Part shown: piece by piece, positions 1-9,045 of the stretch | Position numbering within the stretch: the first letter of the stretch is position 1 | Layout of the letters: every line of letters begins with the position of its first letter | Assembly (NCBI GenBank): GCA_049840735.1 | Contig: JASGJN010000014.1 | Coordinates: 205,946-269,945, forward strand | Direction of reading: 5' to 3' | Length of the DNA: 64,000 bases | Origin: Anaeromyxobacter sp. | GTDB taxonomy: Bacteria; Myxococcota; Myxococcia; Myxococcales; Anaeromyxobacteraceae | The notes under the pieces: generated by a model | The model's database searches: none | Told to the model about the DNA's origin: nothing | Seen by the model: the letters and a program-made list of their open reading frames with translations, nothing else | Made by a program: the position numbers and the translations under genes

Positions 1-924
1 CGCGCGCCGGCGGAGCGGGCCCGGCCGGACGGCGAGCGGCTGAAGGAGTTCCAGGACGCGGCGCTGCCGGTGATGACCAACGACCTGTTCAGCCCTGCGC
101 CCATCGACCTGGCCTTCGACGAGCTGCGCCTGGGCCACTGGCTGACGCAGGTGCGTGAGCGCCTGGGGGCCGACCACCCGGCCGTGAAGAAGCTGCTGGG
201 CCAGCGCTCCCCCGAGGAGGTCGCCCGCGCCGCCGTCGCCGGCACCAGGCTGCGCGACGTGGCCGCCCGCAAGGCGCTCTGGGAGGGCGGCGCCGCGGCG
301 GTGGACGCCAGCGCGGACCCGATGATCGCGCTCGCCCGCCTGCTCGACGCCGACGGCCGCGCGGCGCGCAAGGCCTGGGAGGACGAGGTCGAGGCGGTGG
401 AGCAGCGCAACCAGACGCTCGTCGCCGAGGCCCGCTTCAAGGTGTACGGCTCGACCACCTACCCCGACGCCACCTTCACGGCGCGCCTCTCCTACGGGCA
501 GGTGCAGGGGTGGACGGAGGACGGCAAGGCCATCCCCCCGTTCACCACCTTCGCCGGCGGCTTCGAGCGCCACACCGGCCGCGACCCGTTCGCCCTGCCG
601 CCCAGCTGGCTGGAGAAGAAGGCCCAGCTCGACCTGGACACGCCGTTCAACTTCGTCACCACCAACGACATCATCGGCGGCAACTCCGGCTCGCCGGTCT
701 TCAACAGGGACCTGCAGATCGTCGGCCTGATCTTCGACGGCAACCTGCCGTCGCTGGGCGGCGACTACGGCTTCGACGCGGCCTCCAACCGCGCCGTGGC
801 GGTCCACTCGCGGGCGCTGATGGTGGCGCTCGACCGGATTGACGGCGCCAGCCGGGTGGTGGCCGAGCTGAAGGGCGCCAGGGGCGGGGCCGCGGGCGCG
901 GCCAGCGCGCGCAGCGCGAAGTAG
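1..924 (+). CDS. S46 family peptidase (dipeptidyl-peptidase 7-like), 5'-truncated by the window edge
   Basis: YPDATFTARLSYG and catalytic-Ser motif TNDIIGGNSGSPV...GLIFDGN typical of S46; frame is open upstream of 70. Confidence 0.9.
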   Translation, partial: RAPAERARPDGERLKEFQDAALPVMTNDLFSPAPIDLAFDELRLGHWLTQVRERLGADHPAVKKLLGQRSPEEVARAAVAGTRLRDVAARKALWEGGAAAVDASADPMIALARLLDADGRAARKAWEDEVEAVEQRNQTLVAEARFKVYGSTTYPDATFTARLSYGQVQGWTEDGKAIPPFTTFAGGFERHTGRDPFALPPSWLEKKAQLDLDTPFNFVTTNDIIGGNSGSPVFNRDLQIVGLIFDGNLPSLGGDYGFDAASNRAVAVHSRALMVALDRIDGASRVVAELKGARGGAAGAASARSAK

Positions 925-1123
925 ACACACACCTGCGCCTGGCCCTGTCCAGGTGCGGCCAGCACCCACGCTGCGCGGCCTCGTCGCGGGCCCGGGGACC
1001 TCCACCTCCCCCGGGCCCGCGCCATTTCAGCGCGCGCTCCCAGGCCCGGTTGAAACGTTTGCGCCGCCGCGGTTAAGTGCCCCCTTTCTCGCTGCACGTC
1101 ATGGCATCGGGGGATGCTTCAGG

Positions 1124-1594
1124 ATGATCGTCTTCGGCTCACGGCTGTTCGGCAAGGTGGACCACGTCCCGGGCCACTTCTACGTCGCCACCCGCTTCGC
1201 CCACCTCTACTTCCTGCCGCTGTTCCCCACCAGCTCGTGGGTGGTGCTGGACGACGGCTCGCACGAGTCCAGCCTCACCTCCAGCCAGTGGCAGGGGGCG
1301 CGGCTGGGCCGCATCGCCTGGCGCTCGGTGGCCATGGCGTGGCTCCGCGCCGGGCTGATGGCGGTGTCGCTCCTGGCCGCGATCTTCGGCCTGGGCGCGC
1401 TGGACGATCCCTCCCTGGCCGTCTCCGGCATCGCGCTGGCCGTGATGTCGGTGGCCGCCTTCGCCGGCAGCTACCGCCTGGGCCGGGCCGACGCCGCGCG
1501 CGCCCAGGCGCTGGCGCGCGAGCTGGGCTTCCCGGAGGAGATGGAGGCCCAGGTCCGGCGCGTGGCGCAGACGGGCACGGGCGCGAGCGCGTAG
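1124..1594 (+). CDS. Hypothetical membrane protein
   Basis: ATG at 1124; MIVFGSRLFG...ATRFAHLYFLPLFP motif followed by two hydrophobic helices; GC3-biased codons. Confidence 0.7.
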   Translation: MIVFGSRLFGKVDHVPGHFYVATRFAHLYFLPLFPTSSWVVLDDGSHESSLTSSQWQGARLGRIAWRSVAMAWLRAGLMAVSLLAAIFGLGALDDPSLAVSGIALAVMSVAAFAGSYRLGRADAARAQALARELGFPEEMEAQVRRVAQTGTGASA

Positions 1595-1614
1595 CGGGGC
1601 GCCTGGCAGCGCCT

Positions 1615-1664
1615 GTCCTTCGACTCCGCCCCGCCGATGGCGGGGCTACGCTCAGGACGAACGG
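1615..1664 (+). repeat. Structured dispersed repeat family A, copy 1
   Basis: GTCCT-TCGACTCC-[hairpin]-TACGCTC-AGGAC-GAACGG between convergent genes. Confidence 0.85.
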
Positions 1665-1697
1665 ATCCGGACAGCCACCGTCGATCCGCTCTGCTCC

Positions 1698-2699
1698 TCA
1701 GTCCCGCGGCACCGCGATCATCCGCTCCAGCGCCCGGCGCGCGCCCTCGGCCACGTCGGCGGGGACCTTGATTTCGTGCTTCCCGCGGCGGAGCGCGTCG
1801 CGCACCATCACCAGGTCGATCATCTTCATGTACGGACAGTGCATCCGGCAGCCGATGCACCCGTCCGCCACGATGAACTCGCGGTCCGGGTACTGCTTCT
1901 TGAGCTGGTAGACGATGCCGTGCTCGGTGGCGACGATGAAGGTCCTGGCCGCAGGGTGGCGCTCGACCGCCTTCAGCATGGCGGTGGTGGAGCAGACCTC
2001 GTCGGCCATGGCCACCACGTCCGCCCGGCACTCCGGGTGGGCGATCACCACCGCCTCCGGCCGGTCCGACTTCACGCGGGTGACGCTGGAGGAGCGGAGC
2101 ACGTCGTGGACGGGGCAGCAGCCGTCGTAGACCACGATCTCCTTCTCGGGCACCTGTCCCTTCACCCAGTTCCCCAGGTTGCGGTCGGGCGTGAAGAGCA
2201 CCTTCCGCTGCGGCAGCGACCGGACCACCGAAGCGGCGTTGGCGCTGGTGCAGCAGATGTCGGAGAGCGCCTTCACCTCGGCGGTGGAGTTCACGTAGGT
2301 CACCACCGCGTGGTCGGGGTAGCGCTCCTTCCAGTCCTCCAGCGACTCGGCGGTGATGGAGTCGGCCAGCGAGCAGCCGGCCGAGAGGTTGGGCAAGAGC
2401 ACCCGCTTCTCCGGCGCCAGCACCTTGGCCGACTCGGCCATGAAGTGCACGCCGCAGAAGAGGATGGTCCGCTGCGGGACCTCGCGCCCCACGATGGCCA
2501 GCTGCAGCGAGTCGCCGGTGTGGTCGGCGATGCGCTGGATCTCCGGCAGCTGGTAGTTGTGGGCCAGGATCACCGCGTCCTGCTCGCGCGCCAGCTGGCG
2601 GATCTCCGCCTCCAGCGCCTCCACCTCGGCGGGCGCCAGCTCGGCGCCGGCCTGCGGGTGGGCGACGGGATCGTGGATGGGGAGGACGGGCAGGCTCAT
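1698..2699 (-). CDS. nadA: Quinolinate synthase
   Basis: ILAHNYQ, GDSL, FCGVHFMAE, AGCSLAD, YVNS, CPVH, AHPEC and CPYMK motifs; ATG at 2699. Confidence 0.95.
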   Translation of the reverse strand: MSLPVLPIHDPVAHPQAGAELAPAEVEALEAEIRQLAREQDAVILAHNYQLPEIQRIADHTGDSLQLAIVGREVPQRTILFCGVHFMAESAKVLAPEKRVLLPNLSAGCSLADSITAESLEDWKERYPDHAVVTYVNSTAEVKALSDICCTSANAASVVRSLPQRKVLFTPDRNLGNWVKGQVPEKEIVVYDGCCPVHDVLRSSSVTRVKSDRPEAVVIAHPECRADVVAMADEVCSTTAMLKAVERHPAARTFIVATEHGIVYQLKKQYPDREFIVADGCIGCRMHCPYMKMIDLVMVRDALRRGKHEIKVPADVAEGARRALERMIAVPRD

Positions 2700-2991
2700 G
2701 GTCTCACCCGGGCGCCGCGGGCGGGCTTGATGCCCTCCGTGCCGGCGGGGAACAGGCGCCAGAACTCGCGGCGCACGAGGCCGGACAGCGTGGCCGAGCG
2801 GGAGAAGCCGTGGTAGCGGGCGACCGCCTCCAGCATGGCGATGTCCTCGTCGGTCGCCGACCAGGAGCGGACGGTGCGGGGCTGGGCGCCGCGGGCGGGC
2901 CCGCGGTGCGGGGGCGGGCCCAGCTCGCGGGCGTCGGGGGCCGGGGCCGCTGCGCGCAGGCGGCGGGGGCGGGCCGGGGTCGGGGTGCCAT
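2696..2991 (-). CDS. Small ribbon-helix-helix (CopG-like) DNA-binding protein; ATG 2991 joins the RHH frame only through a probable read frameshift
   Basis: TVRSWSA-TDEDIAMLEAVARYH-GFSRSATLSGLVRREF fits the strand-helix-G-x-S-helix pattern; stop overlaps nadA ATG (ATGA). Confidence 0.65.
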
Positions 2992-3002
2992 TCCGGGCGG
3001 TC

Positions 3003-3024
3003 ACAATTCTTATATAAACGTTGT
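3003..3024. promoter_or_regulatory. AT-rich imperfect palindrome, candidate operator overlapping a -10 region
   Basis: ACAA-ttc-TTATATAA-acg-TTGT in a short divergent intergenic region of otherwise very high GC. Confidence 0.55.
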
Positions 3025-3095
3025 CGAGGCCAGGGGCGGGGCGGCGTTCCGCCGCGGGCCCTCGGGCGGCCTTGCCGCAGCGCGCCGGACCGGGC

Positions 3096-3908
3096 ATGGC
3101 TGGTGGGGTGAAGATCATCGTCACCACCACGCTGCGCCCCACCCCGGCCGAGGAGGCCGCGGCGCTGGAGGCCTCCGGGCGCTGGGGGCTGCCCTACGCC
3201 GGGCGCGGCGGGCGGGCCATCACCCGCACCGTGGCGGCCGCCCAGGCGGACGGCGCGCTGGTGATCGCCACCGCCAAGGTGGTGCTGGCTGCCGGCGGCG
3301 TGGAGCAGGCCTGGTCGCCGGGCATGGGCGCGCTGCGGCTGCACCGGCTGGTCTCCTCCCGGGGCAAGGCGCCCGACCCCACCGCGCACGATCCCTTCCT
3401 CGACGCCGCCGGCATCCAGCGCGGCGACGCCATCCTCGACTGCACGCTGGGGCTGGCCGCCGACGCCCTGGTGGCCGCGGCCGCGGCCGGCCCCACCGGC
3501 CGGGTGGTGGGGCTCGAGTCCTCGCTGCCGCTGGCCGCCTGGACCGGCGAGGGGCTGCAGCGCTTCCCCGAGGAGGCGGCGCGGCGCATCGAGGTGAAGC
3601 ACGCCGAGCACGCGGCCTTCCTGGCCGCCGCCCCGGACCGCAGCTTCGACGTGGTCCTGTTCGACCCCATGTTCCGCCACGCCCGCGCCGAGCCCGGCGG
3701 CTTCGACGTGGTCCGCCGCTTCGCCGACCCGCGCCCGCTCACGAGGGAGGCGCTGGAGCAGGCCCGCCGGGTGGCCCGCCGCTGGGTGCTGGTGAAGGAC
3801 GGCGCGCCGGGCTGGGACCTGACGCGGCTCGGCCTCACCCCCATGCCCAGCGCGCGGGGGGCGCACCGGTACTACGCGCGGGTGCCGGCCGTCACGCCAG
3901 GGCGCTGA
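3096..3908 (+). CDS. Class I SAM-dependent methyltransferase (RsmJ-like)
   Basis: ILDCTLGLAADA and FDVVLFDPMF motifs. Confidence 0.8.
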   Translation: MAGGVKIIVTTTLRPTPAEEAAALEASGRWGLPYAGRGGRAITRTVAAAQADGALVIATAKVVLAAGGVEQAWSPGMGALRLHRLVSSRGKAPDPTAHDPFLDAAGIQRGDAILDCTLGLAADALVAAAAAGPTGRVVGLESSLPLAAWTGEGLQRFPEEAARRIEVKHAEHAAFLAAAPDRSFDVVLFDPMFRHARAEPGGFDVVRRFADPRPLTREALEQARRVARRWVLVKDGAPGWDLTRLGLTPMPSARGAHRYYARVPAVTPGR

Positions 3909-4069
3909 CGGGCCTGGGTCGATCGGGGGCCTCAGCCGCACCGGCTGCTCAGGTCGGAGCCGGGCCGCCGCTCGCACGATCACGGTCGCTCGGCCCACTG
4001 CTCCGGACGGCCAGACCTCCTGCGCTTCCTGGGACAGCGCCTGGACATGGCTCCAGCCATGTTCACGCT

Positions 4070-4118
4070 CCGTTCGGCCTGAGCGTAGCGTGCCCGCAGG
4101 GCTCGCGAAGTCGCGCGC
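4070..4118 (-). repeat. Repeat family A, copy 2 (degenerate)
   Basis: CCGTTC-GGCCT-GAGCGTA-[hairpin]-GAAGTCG on the + strand. Confidence 0.7.
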
Positions 4119-4120
4119 GC

Positions 4121-6202
4121 TCAGATGGCGGGCCAGGCCCTGGCGGCGGCGCTGATGGTGGTGCCGAGGTGATCCTCGGCCAGCGCGCGGGCCGACAGGC
4201 GGGCCCGCTCGGCCGCCGGGAGCGACCGGTCGCGCGAGCGCGCCAGGGCGGCCGCGGCGCGAATGGTGGGCCCCAGCGCAGGGCCGGGATCCGTCCCTTC
4301 GATCAGGAAGGCCCTGAACCGCGCCTCGTCCTGGGGGGTGAACCGCGGGTACACGGCCAGCGCCTGCACCGCCTCGGCGTGGTTCGTCCGCAGCGCCTCC
4401 GCATAGAGCAGCGCCCAGGTGGCGTTGTCGAGCAAGGCGGTCTCCACGGGGCGGAGCTGCGCAGCGCCACCCAGCGCTGCACCGGGATCGCGCCGCGCGG
4501 CGGCCATGACGCCCACCGCAGCCGGGAGGTCCTCACCCGAGACCTCGAACCCCGCCTGGGCCCGCTGGATGGGCGCAGGACCTTCCTTCGCCTCGACCCG
4601 CCTGATGAGGGCGTCCGCCTCGGGGGCGTCCAGCCGGTGCGCCACCAGCCCGTACAGCACCGCCTCCTCGGCCCTGGCGCCGGGCGGCAGCTTGTCCCAG
4701 GCCTGATCGAGCAGCTGGAGCGCCTCCGCGCCGTGCCCGCTGGCCACCAGCGCCTCCGTGGCTTCGCGCAGCACCTCCGCTGCGCTCACGGGCGAGGTCG
4801 CCAGCAGCTTGCGATAGCAGGCGACGGCGCCGCTCCATTCCCCGCGCTCCCACTGGAGCCCGATGGCGACCCGGAGCAGGTTGACGTCCTCCGGGAACCT
4901 GCTCCTCAGCGCCTGCACCTGCTGCCACTGGGCCTCTCCGTCGAGGAGGCGGACGTACAGGTACTGCGCGCTGGCGGAGTCGGGGGCCGCCTCGGCGCGC
5001 TCCCGGTACTCCGCGAGCAGCTCGGCCTGGTGGCCCGCCTGCAGGACCGCGTTCTGGTAGACGCGGTTCAGCCCGGTGTCCTCGGGGTGTGCGGCCATCG
5101 CCGCCCGGGCCACGCGCACCCCCTCCTCCGGGCCGAGCTCCCGGGCGGCGAGCAGCGCCATGGTCAGCTCGTCCTGCGCCCACCCCGCGGCGCGAGCCCG
5201 CACCTCCAGCACCGCCGCCCGGTCCTTGGTCCGCCGCTGCGACTCGAGCACCCAGCCGCAGAGCTGGGCGCCGTCGACGCCCTCCTCGCGCCCGACGTCC
5301 ACCCGGTGCTTCACGAGCTGGCGGTCGTGCTTGGACATCGAGACGGTCTTCGGCGGCTCCACGAACACGTAGTCGGCGTTCACCTCGACCTGGCGCTCGG
5401 CGCAGTGGACCTTGGGCTCCACGGACGGCGCTGCCGCTTCGGGCTGGTCCTCCGAGGTGTAGATCACCGCCTCGTCGTAGACCGGCGCCGCCCCGGCCAC
5501 GTTCCAGATCTCCACCGCCCCGCCGCGCCGGACCTCGAACGGCCCCTCGTCCACCACCTCGTCCCCGGCCGTGGCCCGGGCCGGCTGGACGCCCACCGGC
5601 ACGTCGGGGAGCAGCAGGTGCCCGCCGGGCGCCACGGTGGCCTCGGCGCTGCCCAGGGCGACGCGGACCGGCCTGGTCAGCCCGTTCACCACGTGCACGT
5701 CGTGCCTTCCGCCGGCGTGCCAGGCCAGGGCCGCGATGGCGAGCGCAGCGGCCGCCGCGCAGGCCACCGCGCCCTTGGCGGCGCGGCGCACGCCGAGCCC
5801 GAGCGGCACCTCCGCCAGGATGTGCCAGCCCCTGCCCTCGGCCTTGGCCACCACGTAGGCGCCCAGCGGGATGAGCGGGATCGCGAACAGCGCCACGAAG
5901 CACTGCGTGGTGATGTAGGTGCCGTCGGGCGCGTCCTCGCCGTGGCCGAGGAAGGTGGTGCCGAAGCCGTTGACGGTGGTGAGCGACGGCTTGGCGCCCA
6001 AGGGCCGCGCGAAGGCGCGCCGGTTGTGCAAGAGCCCGTCCACCGTCCGCTGATGGGCGGCCAGCCGCCCGCGCCCCCGGACCAGCGCGCCGTAGACCTT
6101 GAAGCTGTCGCCGGTCTCCACCGCCCTGCGGATGGCCTCGTCGGAGAGGAGCCGCTCCAGCTCGGGGATGCGGGCGAGGAGTTCTGCGCGGCCGTGAAGC
6201 AT
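4121..6202 (-). CDS. Hypothetical membrane-anchored protein with TPR-like helical C-terminal region
   Basis: 693-aa ORF with coding-like bias; FGTTFLG...FVALFAIPLIPLGAYVV motif, TM segment and Ala/Leu/Glu-rich helical repeats. Confidence 0.7.
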   Translation of the reverse strand: MLHGRAELLARIPELERLLSDEAIRRAVETGDSFKVYGALVRGRGRLAAHQRTVDGLLHNRRAFARPLGAKPSLTTVNGFGTTFLGHGEDAPDGTYITTQCFVALFAIPLIPLGAYVVAKAEGRGWHILAEVPLGLGVRRAAKGAVACAAAAALAIAALAWHAGGRHDVHVVNGLTRPVRVALGSAEATVAPGGHLLLPDVPVGVQPARATAGDEVVDEGPFEVRRGGAVEIWNVAGAAPVYDEAVIYTSEDQPEAAAPSVEPKVHCAERQVEVNADYVFVEPPKTVSMSKHDRQLVKHRVDVGREEGVDGAQLCGWVLESQRRTKDRAAVLEVRARAAGWAQDELTMALLAARELGPEEGVRVARAAMAAHPEDTGLNRVYQNAVLQAGHQAELLAEYRERAEAAPDSASAQYLYVRLLDGEAQWQQVQALRSRFPEDVNLLRVAIGLQWERGEWSGAVACYRKLLATSPVSAAEVLREATEALVASGHGAEALQLLDQAWDKLPPGARAEEAVLYGLVAHRLDAPEADALIRRVEAKEGPAPIQRAQAGFEVSGEDLPAAVGVMAAARRDPGAALGGAAQLRPVETALLDNATWALLYAEALRTNHAEAVQALAVYPRFTPQDEARFRAFLIEGTDPGPALGPTIRAAAALARSRDRSLPAAERARLSARALAEDHLGTTISAAARAWPAI

Positions 6203-6468
6203 GGCGACCTCGTGGCGGATGGGATCGGCGGTGCGATCGTGATCGATCAGGAGGCCTGGCTGCCGACCTCGGTGGAGGCGGCAGCGTACCCTGCCCTTCC
6301 TGGCGGACGCTTGATCCCTGCCAGCCCGGGGGCGCCCCGGCGGCGTTCCGCCGCGCCGCCCGCCCTGCCGGTCGCGCGCCCAGGGGACGCACGGCGCGTT
6401 GCACCTCCACCCACACGAGCGCTGGCCGGTGCTGGCGGAGCTCCTGCGGGCGCCGCCGGCGGCCTGAG

Positions 6469-6762
6469 CTAGCGGCCCTTGCCCCCCAGCCGCACCAGCG
6501 GCACCACCGGCGGCAGCACCGCGCCGCCGGCCCCGGCCGCCTCGGCGTGCGCCGCCAGCAGCGCCTCGCGCAGCCGGCGGCGGACCGCCCCCTGGTCCAG
6601 GCCCCGCTCGCGCCCGACGGCCATGGCAGCAGCCGAGAAGCGGCGCAGGATGGGAACCCGGTAGGCGGCCAGCACCTCGGCGTCGTACGGCACGTCGAGC
6701 CGCTCGAAGAAGTCCTCGGCCACCTCGGCCTGGGCCAGCTCGGGGATGGGCGCCGGCATCAT
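6469..6762 (-). CDS. nifW: Nitrogenase-stabilizing/protective protein NifW-like
   Basis: [28 protein letters not shown] resembles the NifW core; ATGA overlap with the nifB stop. Confidence 0.7.
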   Translation of the reverse strand: MMPAPIPELAQAEVAEDFFERLDVPYDAEVLAAYRVPILRRFSAAAMAVGRERGLDQGAVRRRLREALLAAHAEAAGAGGAVLPPVVPLVRLGGKGR

Positions 6763-8244
6763 GCCACCTCCGCGGCCGCGACCGGTGCGAGCGCCGGCGT
6801 GGCCTGCTTCGCGGCCCAGCCCTCCCACCAGGCGATGCAGGAGGCCTCGATGGGCTGGAAGGCGAAGGCGGTAACCGGCTCCATCCCGGCCGCCTCGAGC
6901 TGGCTCGACGGGCAGCGGCCGACCCGGGCCACCAGCACCGCCTGGCACCCCTCCAGCGCGCGCAGGGTGGCGGCCAGGGCGTCGTCCTCGCCCTCCCCGC
7001 CCTGGCAGTAGGTCTCCACCTTGCGCAGGCCGAGGAGCCGCGCGCCCTCGCGCCCCACCTCGTAGATCAGGAACTCGGTGGCGTGGCCGAAGTGCTGGTC
7101 CACCTGGCCGCCGCCCTTCGTCGCCACCGCCACCCGGGCCCTCCGCGCCTGGGGCGCGGCCGCGGCCCGGGCCAGCGCGGCCTGGCGCGCCAGCTCGGCG
7201 CGGGCCCGCACCCGCTCCACCGCCTCGCGGTGCTCGGCCCGCAGCTCGGCCGCCTCGCGCACCGGCCCGGGCGGCAACCGGGCCCGCGTGAACTCGGCGA
7301 ACCGGTCCTGGCCCAGCTTGCCCACCGCGTCGGCCCGGCACTGCCGGCAGTGGCGCATGAGCTTCGTGTCCAGCTCGCAGGTCGCCTGCAGCCGCTCCAG
7401 CTCCTCCGGCGTGGGCCCGCGCTGGCCCGTCAGGCCGTAGTGCGTGCCGTGCTCCGGGGCGGAGATGAGCGGCAGCAGGTTGACCAGGAAGGCCCCGCGC
7501 CGGCGCACCTCGCGCACCACCTCGGGCAGGTGGCGGTCGTTGACGCCGGGGATCACCACCGCGTTGACCTTGCAGAGCACGCCGCGGCCCGCCAGGCGCG
7601 AGAGCCCCTCCAGCTGCCGCTCGGAGAGGATGCGCGCCCCCTCGCGGCCGCGCACCTTGCGCCCCTCCCAGAGCACCCAGGGGTAGATTCTGCTCCCCGA
7701 TGGCCGGGTCGATCATGTTGATGGTGACCGTGACGTGCCTCACGCCCAGGTCCACCAGCCGGTCCACGTGGTCGGGCAGGGCCAGGCCGTTGGTGGAGAG
7801 GCAGAGCGTCAGGTCCGGCGCGGCGCGCTTGATCCCCTCCAGCGCCGCGAAGGTCAGCTCCGGGCGCGCCAGCGCGTCGCCCGGACCGGCGATGCCCACC
7901 ACCGAGAGCGACGGCACCTCGGCCGCCACTGCCCGCACCTTCTCCACCGCCCCGGCGGGCGTGAGCTTCTCGCTCACCACGCCGGGCCGGCTCTCGTTGG
8001 CGCAGTCGAACTTGCGGTTGCAGTAGTGGCACTGGATGTTGCACGCCGGCGCCACCGCCACGTGCAGCCGCGCGAAGTGGTGGTGGGCCTCCTCGCTGTA
8101 GCAGGGGTGGTTCTTGACCAGCTCCCCGGACTCCGGCGGCGCCGACGGCGCCTGGCCCTGGCCGCAGCCCTTGCCGAAGCCGCAGTTGGCGGCGGGCGGG
8201 GTCCTGGCTGGGGAGAGCACGGGCAGGCGGTCGTCGGGGGGCAT
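6759..8244 (-). CDS. nifB: FeMo-cofactor biosynthesis radical SAM protein NifB with C-terminal NifX-like domain; frameshift near 7688
   Basis: [41 protein letters not shown] motifs split over two frames. Confidence 0.95.
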
Positions 8245-8257
8245 GGGGGCTCCAGGC

Positions 8258-8521
8258 TCAGGCCACGATGGGCTCGAACGCGAACGCGTCCTTCTTGCAG
8301 GTCCGGCCGCAGGCCTCGCAGCCGATGCAGTCGTCGGGGTTCTCGACCGCCGCGAACATCTTGGCCGAGTCCTCCTCGTCCACCTCCTTCGGCGCCAGCA
8401 CGCCGTGGGCGCAGATCCTGATGCAGCGGCCGCAGCCGATGCACTTCTCGTCGTCCACGCGCTTCACGAAGCGCGGGGTCCACTCCTTCTTGCCGCGGGT
8501 GAGACCGGTCACGTACGCCAT
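8258..8521 (-). CDS. fdxB: nif-specific 2[4Fe-4S] ferredoxin III
   Basis: WTPRFV...[11 protein letters not shown] and [11 protein letters not shown]; position within the nif operon; AGGAGG RBS. Confidence 0.85.
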   Translation of the reverse strand: MAYVTGLTRGKKEWTPRFVKRVDDEKCIGCGRCIRICAHGVLAPKEVDEEDSAKMFAAVENPDDCIGCEACGRTCKKDAFAFEPIVA

Positions 8522-8551
8522 GTCTGCTCCTCCTGGTGTTCAGTGCCCGTA

Positions 8552-8622
8552 GCCCTTCGACTCCGCGCCCCGGCTGCTGCGGCCTGCTGCGCGGTCCGGG
8601 GCGCTACGCTCGGGGCGAACGG
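8552..8622 (+). repeat. Repeat family A, copy 3, inside the nif operon (nifX-fdxB spacer)
   Basis: GCCCT-TCGACTCC-[long hairpin]-TACGCTC-GGGGC-GAACGG. Confidence 0.85.
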
Positions 8623-8642
8623 GCGATGGGTCGTCCTTCGGG

Positions 8643-9026
8643 TCAGGCCTCGCCGGCCGTCCCTGCGCCCCCGGCCAGCGCCTTGCGCAGCCAGGGCGGC
8701 GGCGCGCCGCGCAGCACCTCCTGCAGGCGCGCGATGGCGTCGCTGATGGGCAGCTCGGCGCCGGTCTTGAGCGGGTGGATGCGCCGGGCCACCAGCTTGG
8801 CCGCCGCCGGGCCGCCGATCCGGACCGTGTAGACGATGGCGCACCCGGCCACGGCGCTGGCGCGGGCCGCGATCCGGTCCTCCTCGTCGCCGGCGGTGGT
8901 GATGGCGCTGACCCGCTCCAGGAAGGCGGCCGAGTCGCGGCTCACCTCCCAGACGTGGAAGTGCGTGGCCATGCCGAAGTGCTCGTCGATCCTCATCCCG
9001 TCGCTGCTCGTGAACGCGACCTTCAT
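8643..9026 (-). CDS. nifX: Nitrogen fixation protein NifX
   Basis: MKVAFTS...IDEHFG...GCAIVY...IGGPAAAKLV; follows nifN. Confidence 0.9.
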   Translation of the reverse strand: MKVAFTSSDGMRIDEHFGMATHFHVWEVSRDSAAFLERVSAITTAGDEEDRIAARASAVAGCAIVYTVRIGGPAAAKLVARRIHPLKTGAELPISDAIARLQEVLRGAPPPWLRKALAGGAGTAGEA

Positions 9027-9045
9027 GCCGTCCTCCGCCTCGCTG

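Noticed and set aside
2810..6472. Very long alternative ORFs (for example 2810-6472 +, 20160-23003 +, 47682-50897 -, 49929-51824 +)
   Set aside because: Shadow frames of real genes in very high-GC DNA; Arg/Gly/Pro-rich or antisense mirror translations with no motifs
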